DNA of 49,931 nucleotides from an uncultured Lachnospiraceae bacterium (GCA_902795775.1 CADBMP010000262.1:1-49931); one strand, 5' to 3'. Positions 28,735-37,398 are shown, counted from the stretch's first letter. Numbers and translations are program-made. The notes: generated by a model from the letters alone, not told the origin.

Positions 28735-28802
28735 GCCCAAAATCCATATACGAAAGACTTCGGACCAGAATCCATAAATCCAGTTCATAAAAAACTCAAT
28801 AC
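28735..28802. repeat. Degenerate second copy of the 27021-27127 element
   Basis: GCCCAAAATCCATATA...AAAGA...CATAA.TCCAGTT.AT.AAAAAACTCAATAC is shared with 27060-27127. Confidence 0.75.
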
Positions 28803-28813
28803 CAGAAAATTAT

Positions 28814-28843
28814 GTATACTGGCCAGGCTGTACCGCATAAGAT
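28814..28843 (+). promoter_or_regulatory. Putative sporulation sigma (SigE/SigG-type) promoter
   Basis: GTATA-N17-CATAAGAT upstream of the Cys-rich gene. Confidence 0.5.
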
Positions 28844-28894
28844 AGGATTGTAAATAAATTAAACTGCCTGAAAGAATGGCAGAATGGAGGATTT

Positions 28895-29107
28895 ATGAGT
28901 GATTTAGCAGCAACAACCTGTGGTGGATGTAACGGAAACGATAACGGATGTAATTGGATCATCATCCTGCTTTTACTCTGCTGCTGTGGAGGAAACGGCG
29001 GATTTGGATTTGGAAATTCATGCGGTGACAACGGATGCAGCTCTATCATCTGGATCATACTTATCCTGTGCTGCTGCTGCGGCGGAGGATCCGGCAGCTT
29101 CTTTTAA
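28895..29107 (+). CDS. Small Cys/Gly-rich protein with two hydrophobic-CCC repeats, probably spore-associated
   Basis: GGAGG RBS and its own terminator; sequence MSDLAATTCGGC...WIIILLLLCCCGG...IIWIILILCCCCGG. It resembles a Lachnospiraceae family I recall being labelled 'chorion class high-cysteine'. Confidence 0.8.
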   Translation: MSDLAATTCGGCNGNDNGCNWIIILLLLCCCGGNGGFGFGNSCGDNGCSSIIWIILILCCCCGGGSGSFF

Positions 29108-29201
29108 TCGCAGTTTCCGAATCTGAAATACTTTTCCGGCATATCATTTTTCAACTGCGAAAAACTCCATGCCGGAAACAGAGCCTTGCTCTAACAATGA
29201 G

Positions 29202-29229
29202 AAAAGCCCCGTTTTCCCGGGGCTTTTTT
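29202..29229 (+). terminator. Rho-independent terminator
   Basis: AAAAGCCCCG-loop-CGGGGCTTTTTT. Confidence 0.75.
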
Positions 29230-29340
29230 CATGCACATCCTTTGCGTTCCATCACTTTTCCGTGTATTTACTGATTCCCCACAGAATTCAATTTTTGAAA
29301 AATATTTTTATTCGAAAATATAGTGACAAAAGAAGGCGGC

Positions 29341-29475
29341 GTAATATCTTGTGAGGAACCATATTCGCCGCCGGTACTTAGTGCTCGTATTCACAGGCGT
29401 CAGCCTGTGGAGAGCACTTATGTACCGCTGTGTGCGAATACTAAGCGCAAGCGGGTTCCGGAACAAGATTATTAC
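29341..29475. other. 135-bp rod-like nested hairpin (structured ncRNA or REP/MITE-like element)
   Basis: Seven consecutive perfect Watson-Crick helices, in an intergenic position between convergent genes. Confidence 0.7.
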
Positions 29476-29529
29476 GCTGCTGTCTTCGATTCAAAATCTA
29501 TCAAAATTTTACAAAAATTAATTTCCGTT

Positions 29530-29697
29530 TCACTCCCCGGAATTCCTGTATCTCATACACACTTCGTCCACCTCATAGACCGTATCTTCCTCAATCACCA
29601 GACTGTCATGCGTTTTCTTCTGTTTCCGTATTTCATACATATTTTTCTGCATTTCCTGTGTTTTCTCCCGTTTTTCCGGTTCATAATAATATCTCAT
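29530..29697 (-). CDS. 55-aa small protein (absent from the ORF track)
   Basis: GGAGG RBS 8 nt before the ATG; MRYYYEPEKREKTQEMQKNMYEIRKQKKTHDSLVIEEDTVYEVDEVCMRYRNSGE; same strand as aroC, directly downstream of it. Confidence 0.7.
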   Translation of the reverse strand: MRYYYEPEKREKTQEMQKNMYEIRKQKKTHDSLVIEEDTVYEVDEVCMRYRNSGE

Positions 29698-29732
29698 GTG
29701 ACTTTCCTCCGTTTTATCCAGTCTTCACTATT

Positions 29733-30830
29733 TTATGCACCAAAAAAACGTTTGACCCTGTCAAGTTCAGAAGTCATGGAAAGAAAAAGCATATCTAAGA
29801 CAGTCAGGGAAACCATTGCTTCCACCACCACAACTGCCCTCGGCACAATGACCGGGTCATGGCGGCCCTTGATTTCCACAGAGATTTCCTCTCCGGACCG
29901 GTTCACCGTCTGCTGGGAATGCGCAATGGAAGGCGTGGGTTTTATTGCAGCCCTCAGGATAATGTCAGAACCGTCGCTGATCCCCCCCAGAATCCCGCCA
30001 GAATGATTCGTCTTTTTTAAGACCCTGCCATCTTCTCCCATGCAGAACGCATCATTATTCTGTGATCCAAAAGAGGCTGCTGCCAAAAATCCATCTCCGA
30101 TTTCCACTCCCTTGACCGCTCCGATGGACATTACCGCCTTCGCCAGATTCGCATCCAGCTTTTCAAAAACCGTTTCTCCCACTCCTGCAGGCATCCCCTT
30201 TACCACACATTCAATGATGCCGCCCACAGAATCCTGCTCCTTTATCTTCTGCTCCAAAAGAAGCTCCGCACGCTCAGACGCTTCTAAATCCGGCATATAT
30301 AATGGACTCTCCATGATTTTGTCCAAATCAATATGCTCTGCCCGGATTCCTCCAATCTCCTTAGAATACGCCTGCACCTTCACTCCTAACTCCTTTAGGA
30401 TTTCCGCCGCCACAGCTCCTGCTGCCACGCGGCCTGCCGTTTCCCTTCCGGAAGACCTGCCGCCTCCCCTGTAATCACGAAAACCATATTTACTGTCAAA
30501 CGTAAAATCTGCATGACCGGGACGGTAATAATTCATGATTTCCGAATAATCTGCAGAACGCTGGGAAGTATTATGTACCATCATGGAAATCGGCGTGCCT
30601 GTAGTCCTGCCTTCAAACACCCCGGACAGAATCTCCACCCGGTCTGATTCCTTTCTGGGCGTTGCGTACCTCGTCTGCCCCGGCTTTCTCCTGTCCATAT
30701 ATGGCTGTATGATTTCCTCGCTAAGCCGCAGCCCTGCAGGACATCCATCCACCACGACCCCGATTCCCTTTCCATGTGATTCCCCCCATGTGGAAACCAT
30801 GAACTGTTTTCCAAAAATAGAACCTGCCAT
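29733..30830 (-). CDS. aroC: Chorismate synthase
   Basis: WGESHG, RPGHAD, RSSGRET, GGILGGISDG and KGRHDP motifs; ATG 30830 after GGAGG. Confidence 0.97.
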   Translation of the reverse strand: MAGSIFGKQFMVSTWGESHGKGIGVVVDGCPAGLRLSEEIIQPYMDRRKPGQTRYATPRKESDRVEILSGVFEGRTTGTPISMMVHNTSQRSADYSEIMNYYRPGHADFTFDSKYGFRDYRGGGRSSGRETAGRVAAGAVAAEILKELGVKVQAYSKEIGGIRAEHIDLDKIMESPLYMPDLEASERAELLLEQKIKEQDSVGGIIECVVKGMPAGVGETVFEKLDANLAKAVMSIGAVKGVEIGDGFLAAASFGSQNNDAFCMGEDGRVLKKTNHSGGILGGISDGSDIILRAAIKPTPSIAHSQQTVNRSGEEISVEIKGRHDPVIVPRAVVVVEAMVSLTVLDMLFLSMTSELDRVKRFFGA

Positions 30831-30934
30831 TCTTTCCTCCCTCATCTTTACTATTCACAAGCCATCCTGCCCCGGCTTTTTCAAACATCCGGCCATGACC
30901 TGTGCAAGTTAAACTGTCAACCTCACAATCCTTC

Positions 30935-31939
30935 CTATCTTGGTTTCTCCGTAAGGCCCAGTTTCTTTCTTGCTTTGCGGAGCGTTTTATTTGCGATGTA
31001 AGCAGCTTTCTCATCATTTTCCTTAATGATGCCGTCAATAAAATCCTTTTCTTTCTGCAGGCGTTCATATTCTTTCTGCATCGGTGCAAGAACCGCATTG
31101 ACCGCCTCTGCTACAGCAAGCTTAAAATCGCCATAGCCTTTCCCCGCAAATTCCTTTTCTGCATCCGCAATGCTGATATTGCTGCACGAACTATATATTT
31201 CTAAAAGATTGCTGATTCCCGGCTTTTCCTCTGCATAACGGATTTCCCCGTCCGAATCCGTGACTGCGCGCTTGCACTTCCTGACCACTGTATCCGCATC
31301 ATCCATTAAATAAATGCTTCCATTCACATTTTCATCTGATTTTGACATCTTCTTTAACGGATCCTGAAGGCTCATGATCTTTGCCCCGCCTTTGCCGATA
31401 TACGGCTCTGGAATGGTGAACACGTCCCCATAAATGCTGTTAAAACGCTCTGCAATATCCCTTGTAATCTCCAGATGCTGTTTCTGGTCCTTTCCTACAG
31501 GAACATAATCCGCCTGATACAAAAGAATGTCTGCCGCCATCAGCACCGGATAAGTAAACAGGCCGGCATTGATGTTATCCGAATGTTTCGCAGACTTTTC
31601 CTTAAACTGCGTCATGCGGTTCAGCTCTCCCATATAAGTAAAGCAGGAAAGCAGCCATGAAAGCTCTGCATGCGCAGAAACGTGCGATTGAAAGTAAATA
31701 CAGTTTTCTTTCGGGTCGAGTCCTGCCGCAATATAAAGAATCAGAAGATTTCTGGCCTTCTTCCTGAATTCTGCCGGCTCCTGCCGGACCGTCAGGGAAT
31801 GAAGATCCATCACCCCCCAGAAACACTCATATTCATCCTTTAAATCCAGCCAGTTCTTCAACGCCCCCAGATAATTTCCAAGTGTCAGGTTTCCCGTTGC
31901 CTGCATACCGCTGTACAGGACTTTCTTATCATTTATCAT
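30935..31939 (-). CDS. trpS: Tryptophanyl-tRNA synthetase
   Basis: TLGNYLGA, YPVLMAADIL, VPVGKDQKQHLE and KMSKS motifs; promoter TTGACA-17-TAAGTT at 32008..31980. Confidence 0.97.
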   Translation of the reverse strand: MINDKKVLYSGMQATGNLTLGNYLGALKNWLDLKDEYECFWGVMDLHSLTVRQEPAEFRKKARNLLILYIAAGLDPKENCIYFQSHVSAHAELSWLLSCFTYMGELNRMTQFKEKSAKHSDNINAGLFTYPVLMAADILLYQADYVPVGKDQKQHLEITRDIAERFNSIYGDVFTIPEPYIGKGGAKIMSLQDPLKKMSKSDENVNGSIYLMDDADTVVRKCKRAVTDSDGEIRYAEEKPGISNLLEIYSSCSNISIADAEKEFAGKGYGDFKLAVAEAVNAVLAPMQKEYERLQKEKDFIDGIIKENDEKAAYIANKTLRKARKKLGLTEKPR

Positions 31940-32225
31940 AACATTCCTCCTCAAAAATATACTCAAAACACCTTCTTATAACTTACACTAAAAAAATACG
32001 AATGTCAAACAGGCGTTACTGTTTACAGCCCGTCCGTTTCAATAACAGCTGCACTTTACGCCTGCGGGTGACCTGCAACTTATCGAGTTGCCTCTTTACA
32101 AATCGCACATTTAGGTGCATAATATAATAGACGTATAATATGATGCCAAAGACAAATGATATATGACATCACAAACTTTAGAAGGGGTGTGCCTGTACGT
32201 TTTGCACAGGTATAGAATGCAATTT

Positions 32226-33347
32226 ATGAAAATGAACGATTCAAACAAACCAAACATGATCATTGCTGAACATTCAGACATTAACCGCATGATCCTGAAT
32301 AATATTTTTGAAGATAACTATACTATTTTACCTGCAAGGGAAGGACAGACCACATTAGAGCTGATTGAAAAATATCATAACGACCTGGCTGTTATTTTGC
32401 TTGACTGCGCCATCCCGATTGTGGACTGCTTTGAAATCCTTTCACAGATACAGCAGAAATGGAGCATGGACCATATCCCTGTCATCATGATTTCTCCGGA
32501 AAACGACTTAAAAACAGTGACACGCGCTTATAAAGCAGGGGCTTTTGACTACATCACCAGACCGTTCAATTCTGTCATTGTGACGCAGCGCGTAAGCAAT
32601 ATCCTTTCCCTGCGCCAGAAAGAAGCAGAATATACAAAGATCATGGCAAACCAGATGATGGAATCTTACCGGAACAGCCACATGATCATTGAAATCTTAA
32701 GTGGTGTCATAGAGTTTAGAAGTGGAGAGAATGCACTGCATATTGTTCATGTAGAAGCACTGACAGAAATGTTCTTACGTGAGCTTATGCGAATCTCTGA
32801 CCGGTATTTTCTGGCAAAGAGCGATATCTTAATGCTCCCGATGGCTGCTGCGCTCCACGATATCGGAAAAATCACCATATCCTCAGAGATATTAAATAAA
32901 CCCGGAAAATTAACACCGGAGGAATTTGAGCTGATCAAAAAGCATACCACCTCCGGCTCAGAGATTTTAAATTCCATAGAGGAATACCGTGAAGACCCTC
33001 TGATCAAGTTTGCCAGCTCCATCTGCCGCTGGCATCATGAACGTTATGACGGGCATGGATATCCTGACGGCCTGGTGGGAGATGAAATCCCGATTGCTGC
33101 ACAGCTTGTATCCATTGCAGATGTTTACGATTCCCTGACGAGCGACCGGAGCTACCGTAAAGCACTTTCCAACAAAGAGGCCGTCCAGATGATTTTAGAC
33201 GGCAAGAGCGGAATCTTTAATCCTTTGTTATTAGAGTGCTTAAAAAATCTTGCAGATACGATTCCGGAAAAGCTCTCAAATACAACACAATCCTTATACG
33301 AAGAAGATATTTACCGTATTATTGGAAATACGCTGCAGTCCCGCTAA
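32226..33347 (+). CDS. RpfG-type receiver + HD-GYP phosphodiesterase
   Basis: N-terminal receiver (ILLDCAIP, GAFDYITRPF); LHDIGK, HHERYDGHGYP and ADVYDSLTSDRSY motifs. The start is uncertain (32163-32232). Confidence 0.88.
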   Translation: MKMNDSNKPNMIIAEHSDINRMILNNIFEDNYTILPAREGQTTLELIEKYHNDLAVILLDCAIPIVDCFEILSQIQQKWSMDHIPVIMISPENDLKTVTRAYKAGAFDYITRPFNSVIVTQRVSNILSLRQKEAEYTKIMANQMMESYRNSHMIIEILSGVIEFRSGENALHIVHVEALTEMFLRELMRISDRYFLAKSDILMLPMAAALHDIGKITISSEILNKPGKLTPEEFELIKKHTTSGSEILNSIEEYREDPLIKFASSICRWHHERYDGHGYPDGLVGDEIPIAAQLVSIADVYDSLTSDRSYRKALSNKEAVQMILDGKSGIFNPLLLECLKNLADTIPEKLSNTTQSLYEEDIYRIIGNTLQSR

Positions 33348-33393
33348 AACAGGCAAAAAATCCAAAAGCCTATACATAAACCTAAACCATGTA

Positions 33394-33423
33394 GACAAGC
33401 CTCTCACTTATGAGGGGCTTGTC
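33394..33423. terminator. Stem-loop after the HD-GYP regulator
   Basis: GACAAGCCTCTCA-CTTA-TGAGGGGCTTGTC; no clear U-tract. Confidence 0.5.
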
Positions 33424-33497
33424 GCACTATATTCAAGAATTGTACTTCAATGAATAATATCCATGCATATACACACTAGAACTACGGAGGACGCGCT

Positions 33498-34364
33498 TTG
33501 AAAAAACAAATCACATTCATTATTGCAATTTTTCTATGCTCCATTCTGTTAGCAGCAGGTATGTACCTGTTTAAAAGCCCGGAAAAACACGCTGAAAAAA
33601 CGTCCGGCTATCGTATTTCAGAAGAAAACCTTCTTTCCCCGATTGATTTTTCAAAGCCAAAAAACACTGGGAAAACATCCGGGCAGACCACAGACGCAAA
33701 TAAAAAAACGTCCGGCACATCTTCTGCGAACCCCCTTTCCTCTCCCGAAACACAGATCTATTCTTATCTCCAGGGACCAAAATCCTGGGAGAATAAAAGA
33801 ACATGGTCAGGAAAATGGGGCGTCACTTATTACGATGGCGCAAAATTTGGTGCCTTTGGCTGCGGGCTCTGCTGCATAGCAAATCTCTACTGCTCCCTGA
33901 CCCCATACAAATGTACACCAATTGACGCATACAAATTTGCAAAAAAACACACCGGATATTCCGGCGGCGGTGCCATTGACTGGGGATACATGAAAACTTC
34001 CTTATCCATGATGGGACTTTCCTGTACACTTGAAAAAAAGCCCGCCACATATAAAGCGTTCCAGAAAATGATTGCTGCAAACGCAGGAACCATTACACTG
34101 ATCAGCAGCAATAATTCCACATGCTACTGGACCAGCAATCCCGGACATTATGTGACCATTTTTTTGTATAACCCCAAAACAGACAAAGTATTTTTAGCAG
34201 ATTCCGGAGTTCCTGACCATAACCGGAAATGGATTTCCTTAAAGCTCATTTATAAATCCTTAAAAACAGCAAGCACCTGGCATATGCTGGGCGTCACAGG
34301 ATATAGTGAAACAGACGATACATGGAAGCACAAAGCGGCAGGCGGTGAATGGGTGCGGGAATGA
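33498..34364 (+). CDS. Membrane-anchored or secreted C39-like (papain-fold) cysteine peptidase
   Basis: TTG start after GGAGG; N-terminal TM/signal peptide; FGCGLCC, GHYV and LADS give a Cys-His-Asp triad. Confidence 0.7.
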   Translation: MKKQITFIIAIFLCSILLAAGMYLFKSPEKHAEKTSGYRISEENLLSPIDFSKPKNTGKTSGQTTDANKKTSGTSSANPLSSPETQIYSYLQGPKSWENKRTWSGKWGVTYYDGAKFGAFGCGLCCIANLYCSLTPYKCTPIDAYKFAKKHTGYSGGGAIDWGYMKTSLSMMGLSCTLEKKPATYKAFQKMIAANAGTITLISSNNSTCYWTSNPGHYVTIFLYNPKTDKVFLADSGVPDHNRKWISLKLIYKSLKTASTWHMLGVTGYSETDDTWKHKAAGGEWVRE

Positions 34365-34394
34365 AAAATAATTGCACGAAACAGGAGGCAGCAC

Positions 34395-35099
34395 ATGCAC
34401 CATAAAAGAAATATTTCCCATCAGGGAACAGATAGAAAAACAGCAAAAAATATGTTGGATGCTGTCCAAAAATACCCGGAAATGGAGGCATTCCTTTTTG
34501 ATATGGACGGGCTGATCTTTGATACGGAGCGTATCTTTATGGAACAGCTCGCCATTGTCATGAAAGAGGCCGGATACAGGCTCACAAAAGAGATTTATGT
34601 ACAGACACTGGGACTTGGCGGAAAACCATTAGAAGACCTGATGTGTTCCTATTTCGGAAAAGATTACCCGTTCCATGAAATGGGTGCCCGGACTGCCAGC
34701 CGCATTGCCATGCTCTCGGAAACACTCGGCCTTCCCTTAAAACCTTATGTAACAGAAACCCTTGATTATCTGAAACAGAAAAAAAAGAAGCTTTCCGTTG
34801 CTTCTGCCACAAAAACAGAACAGGTCGTAACTTACCTGCAAAATGCCGGCATCCTTTCTTATTTTGATGCCGTTATCGGCGGGGACCACGTCCGTCATTC
34901 CAAACCGGAACCGGACATCTTTCTTGCTGCTTTAGATGCATTAAAAATGACGTCTGACCGCTCCGTCGTCTTAGAAGATTCCGAAAACGGCGTCCGGGCA
35001 GGAAAAGCGGCAGGCTGTCAGGTCATCTGTATTCCCGATTTAAAATTTCCCTCAGAGGATATACAGAAAATGATAGATGTGCTCGTCAAAGTGTTTTGA
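34395..35099 (+). CDS. HAD family phosphatase (beta-PGM/CbbY-like)
   Basis: FDMDGLIFDTE, VASAT, KPEPDIFL and LEDSENG motifs. Confidence 0.92.
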   Translation: MHHKRNISHQGTDRKTAKNMLDAVQKYPEMEAFLFDMDGLIFDTERIFMEQLAIVMKEAGYRLTKEIYVQTLGLGGKPLEDLMCSYFGKDYPFHEMGARTASRIAMLSETLGLPLKPYVTETLDYLKQKKKKLSVASATKTEQVVTYLQNAGILSYFDAVIGGDHVRHSKPEPDIFLAALDALKMTSDRSVVLEDSENGVRAGKAAGCQVICIPDLKFPSEDIQKMIDVLVKVF

Positions 35100-36267
35100 T
35101 GACGCCATGGGCGGAAAGAAATGCCAAAAAGAACGCCAGGCTTCCAAACACAGCAAAGACCGTAAATACACATAACGCCACCGTCACATGAAATTCAAGG
35201 AGCACCATCTGAACCAGGCAGACAATGGCTAAAGCCAGAAAAATTAAAATACCAAAAAAGGTTCCCCCGCGGTACACTGCCATCCTTCCGCGGAGTTTCT
35301 GCATAATTTCCCCTGCAAGAGTCTCATCTCTTGAAAAATCTTCCATTTTCTTTCCACGCAGCCCAAGCATTCGTTCATAACAGAGCATTTTATAATGAAC
35401 CACTGCTGTTTCTGTCTCCTCTTTTCCCTTTCTAAAAAGAATATCCACGCCAATGACTGCATACGCCGCAAAAAAGCTTCCATAAAGCACATTATGAAGC
35501 CCTGAAAACAATGCAGACGCCACATAGATCAGAAAAGCAGTCATGATATCCGGCTCCCACCCGCTTAAAATCCTCCATTTCCAAAGGCCAAAACAGCATA
35601 TCGCCCCAAAAGCCAAAAAAGAAACCGCCGGAAGGACAGGAAGCCATGCCGCTTTTTTCTGCGCCCGGAGCCTGTCCTTTTCCGTAACCTGAAACACGGT
35701 ATGTTCTTCCTGCCCCACCGCTTCTTCAGATGCCATATTTTCCTTCTGTCCCGCTGCTTCCTGTGCGAAAGCATCATGAAATTTAATCAAAAACCTCCCC
35801 GCCATTCCTGCTTTCACACGCACAAACCCTAAATAGCAGCCGGCCCATACGGCAGCATAAAAAACATACTGTCCTGACAGAAACGAAATCGACAGATGAA
35901 CCGCCTCTTCCGCCCTGCATAGAACCAGATATAAAAAAACCAGCAGGGACTCTTCCATCATAAACCCCAGAAATTCATACAGAAAAGAAAAGGGCTGCTG
36001 ATGGCGTAACAGCCCCTTTGTATATCTTCCCACGCTTTTACCCACAAAACGGACTGCAGGAATTCTCAGCGTTTCTGCCGAAAGAAATTTTTTTCTTTCC
36101 TTTTTTAATACCTTTTCCTTCTGTTCTTTTGTAAGCAGGGAACCGGTTTCCTCCAAAAATGCCTTTTCAAGCTCCTGATATGTAATTTCTGCAGGCATTC
36201 CGCTTTCCGCCATTCCTGCTCCTGTCCTGTTCTTCTCTTCTCTTTCTTTCGTTTCCATATTTCTCAC
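35086..36267 (-). CDS. Multi-pass membrane protein of unknown function
   Basis: Long ORF with about 6-7 hydrophobic helices; its start overlaps the stop of the upstream gene. Confidence 0.7.
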   Translation of the reverse strand: MRNMETKEREEKNRTGAGMAESGMPAEITYQELEKAFLEETGSLLTKEQKEKVLKKERKKFLSAETLRIPAVRFVGKSVGRYTKGLLRHQQPFSFLYEFLGFMMEESLLVFLYLVLCRAEEAVHLSISFLSGQYVFYAAVWAGCYLGFVRVKAGMAGRFLIKFHDAFAQEAAGQKENMASEEAVGQEEHTVFQVTEKDRLRAQKKAAWLPVLPAVSFLAFGAICCFGLWKWRILSGWEPDIMTAFLIYVASALFSGLHNVLYGSFFAAYAVIGVDILFRKGKEETETAVVHYKMLCYERMLGLRGKKMEDFSRDETLAGEIMQKLRGRMAVYRGGTFFGILIFLALAIVCLVQMVLLEFHVTVALCVFTVFAVFGSLAFFLAFLSAHGVIKTL

Positions 36268-36533
36268 CTCATAAACGTTTTCAAAGCTTCGTACTGTTTC
36301 CGCTGTGCCGGTGACATTTCTGCCATCAGCACTTCTGTTAATATTTTATTTTCCTCCGCAGTAAATGATATGTTCTTCTCCTGCATCTTCTTTTTCCATG
36401 CCATAATCTGCGGCAGTGCCTCTGTGATATTTTTATGATACAGGGACTCTGCCAAAAGCTCAATCATCTTCTGCTTTTCTCCGGACATTGCCTGAAAAGC
36501 AGGATTTCCGGAAAAATCCATTCTTCTTTGCAT
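36264..36533 (-). CDS. Small hypothetical protein, possibly sporulation-related
   Basis: Purine-rich RBS before ATG 36533; helical protein (NPAFQAMSGEKQKMI...MSPAQRKQY) in an operon with the upstream gene. Confidence 0.65.
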   Translation of the reverse strand: MQRRMDFSGNPAFQAMSGEKQKMIELLAESLYHKNITEALPQIMAWKKKMQEKNISFTAEENKILTEVLMAEMSPAQRKQYEALKTFMR

Positions 36534-36574
36534 CTGCGCCCTCCCCTCGCCTTCCGCCAACTGACAACGTTATG

Positions 36575-37015
36575 TTACTCATTATACATAATATTCTGTA
36601 ATTGTTCAAATGAAGCCTTCTGCTCGGGATTTAACTGTGCAATCAAAAAATCCCTAAGACTGGTATTATTAGTTTCATTCCGGTTAAATTCCCGGTATCT
36701 CCGAAGCAGACGGCCTGTATTCATGAAATTCAAGACCATCTGTACCATTTCGGATTCTTTTGGCGTCAAATGCTCCTGAACCCTCAAAAGCATTTCCTGT
36801 AAATTATTTCTTTGTCCTTCGCTGCCTGACTGACGGTGTTCTGCCGCCTCCAGCGTATATTCTCCTTCCCTTCCCGGATGGTCATTTTTAGCCAGCTCCA
36901 CCAGCGAATCCACCTGCAGAAACATCTGGATTGCATGCCTGCTGTTCGGTGCCACATAAGGAAGTGCTGCTTCTAAAATTGCTTTCTGCCTTTGGTGCTC
37001 GTTCTGATATTCCAT
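36575..37015 (-). CDS. Hypothetical protein, possibly sporulation-related
   Basis: GGAGG RBS before ATG 37015 (MEYQN...ILEAALPYV...LNPEQKASFE); SigE-like promoter GAATA-N16-CATATATT at 37092..37064. Confidence 0.7.
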   Translation of the reverse strand: MEYQNEHQRQKAILEAALPYVAPNSRHAIQMFLQVDSLVELAKNDHPGREGEYTLEAAEHRQSGSEGQRNNLQEMLLRVQEHLTPKESEMVQMVLNFMNTGRLLRRYREFNRNETNNTSLRDFLIAQLNPEQKASFEQLQNIMYNE

Positions 37016-37398
37016 ATCATTCCTCCATGCCTGTTTCAAAATCTTGCTTTTTGTTTCTAAAGAAATATATGCACCACACCTCCCAACTATTCCAAAATCG
37101 AGCAGAAGGGAAGGATTTTCCACTCCTACCCGCCGCGAGCCGCCGGTCAGCTTTTGCTGACACCCTTCCTTTCTGTGGATAAAAACAGCAAAGCTGCAAC
37201 CAGGCCCGGAAACACTTCTGTTCCCGCCTGATTACAGCTTTCTGAATATCATTCGCCTTCTGTTCTTTTTCTTGTTTCATGCTCTGCACTTCATTATGCC
37301 GCGTTTCCTCATGCTCTGCAATTCCTGCTTCACACGTCAGCCCCTTGTCAAAATGCTGCAGTTCAACCTGCACGCCCATCGTGCCGGCGATGCCGGGA

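Noticed and set aside
28810-29058. Minus-strand 82-aa Pro/Gln-rich repeat ORF
   Set aside because: It mirrors the Cys/Gly-rich gene; the RBS, promoter and terminator all support the plus strand.
28895-29107. RiPP (ranthipeptide/sactipeptide) precursor interpretation of the Cys-rich peptide
   Set aside because: No radical SAM enzyme, peptidase or exporter is adjacent, and there is no leader/core organisation.
29323-30006. 227-aa plus-strand ORF
   Set aside because: It runs through the rod hairpin and antisense to both the 55-aa gene and aroC, has no recognisable motifs, and has no good RBS.
32010-32225. c-di-GMP riboswitch upstream of the RpfG-like gene
   Set aside because: Only short hairpins; no GEMM-I (GCAAA...GAAA...GACGCAAAG) or class II consensus is visible.
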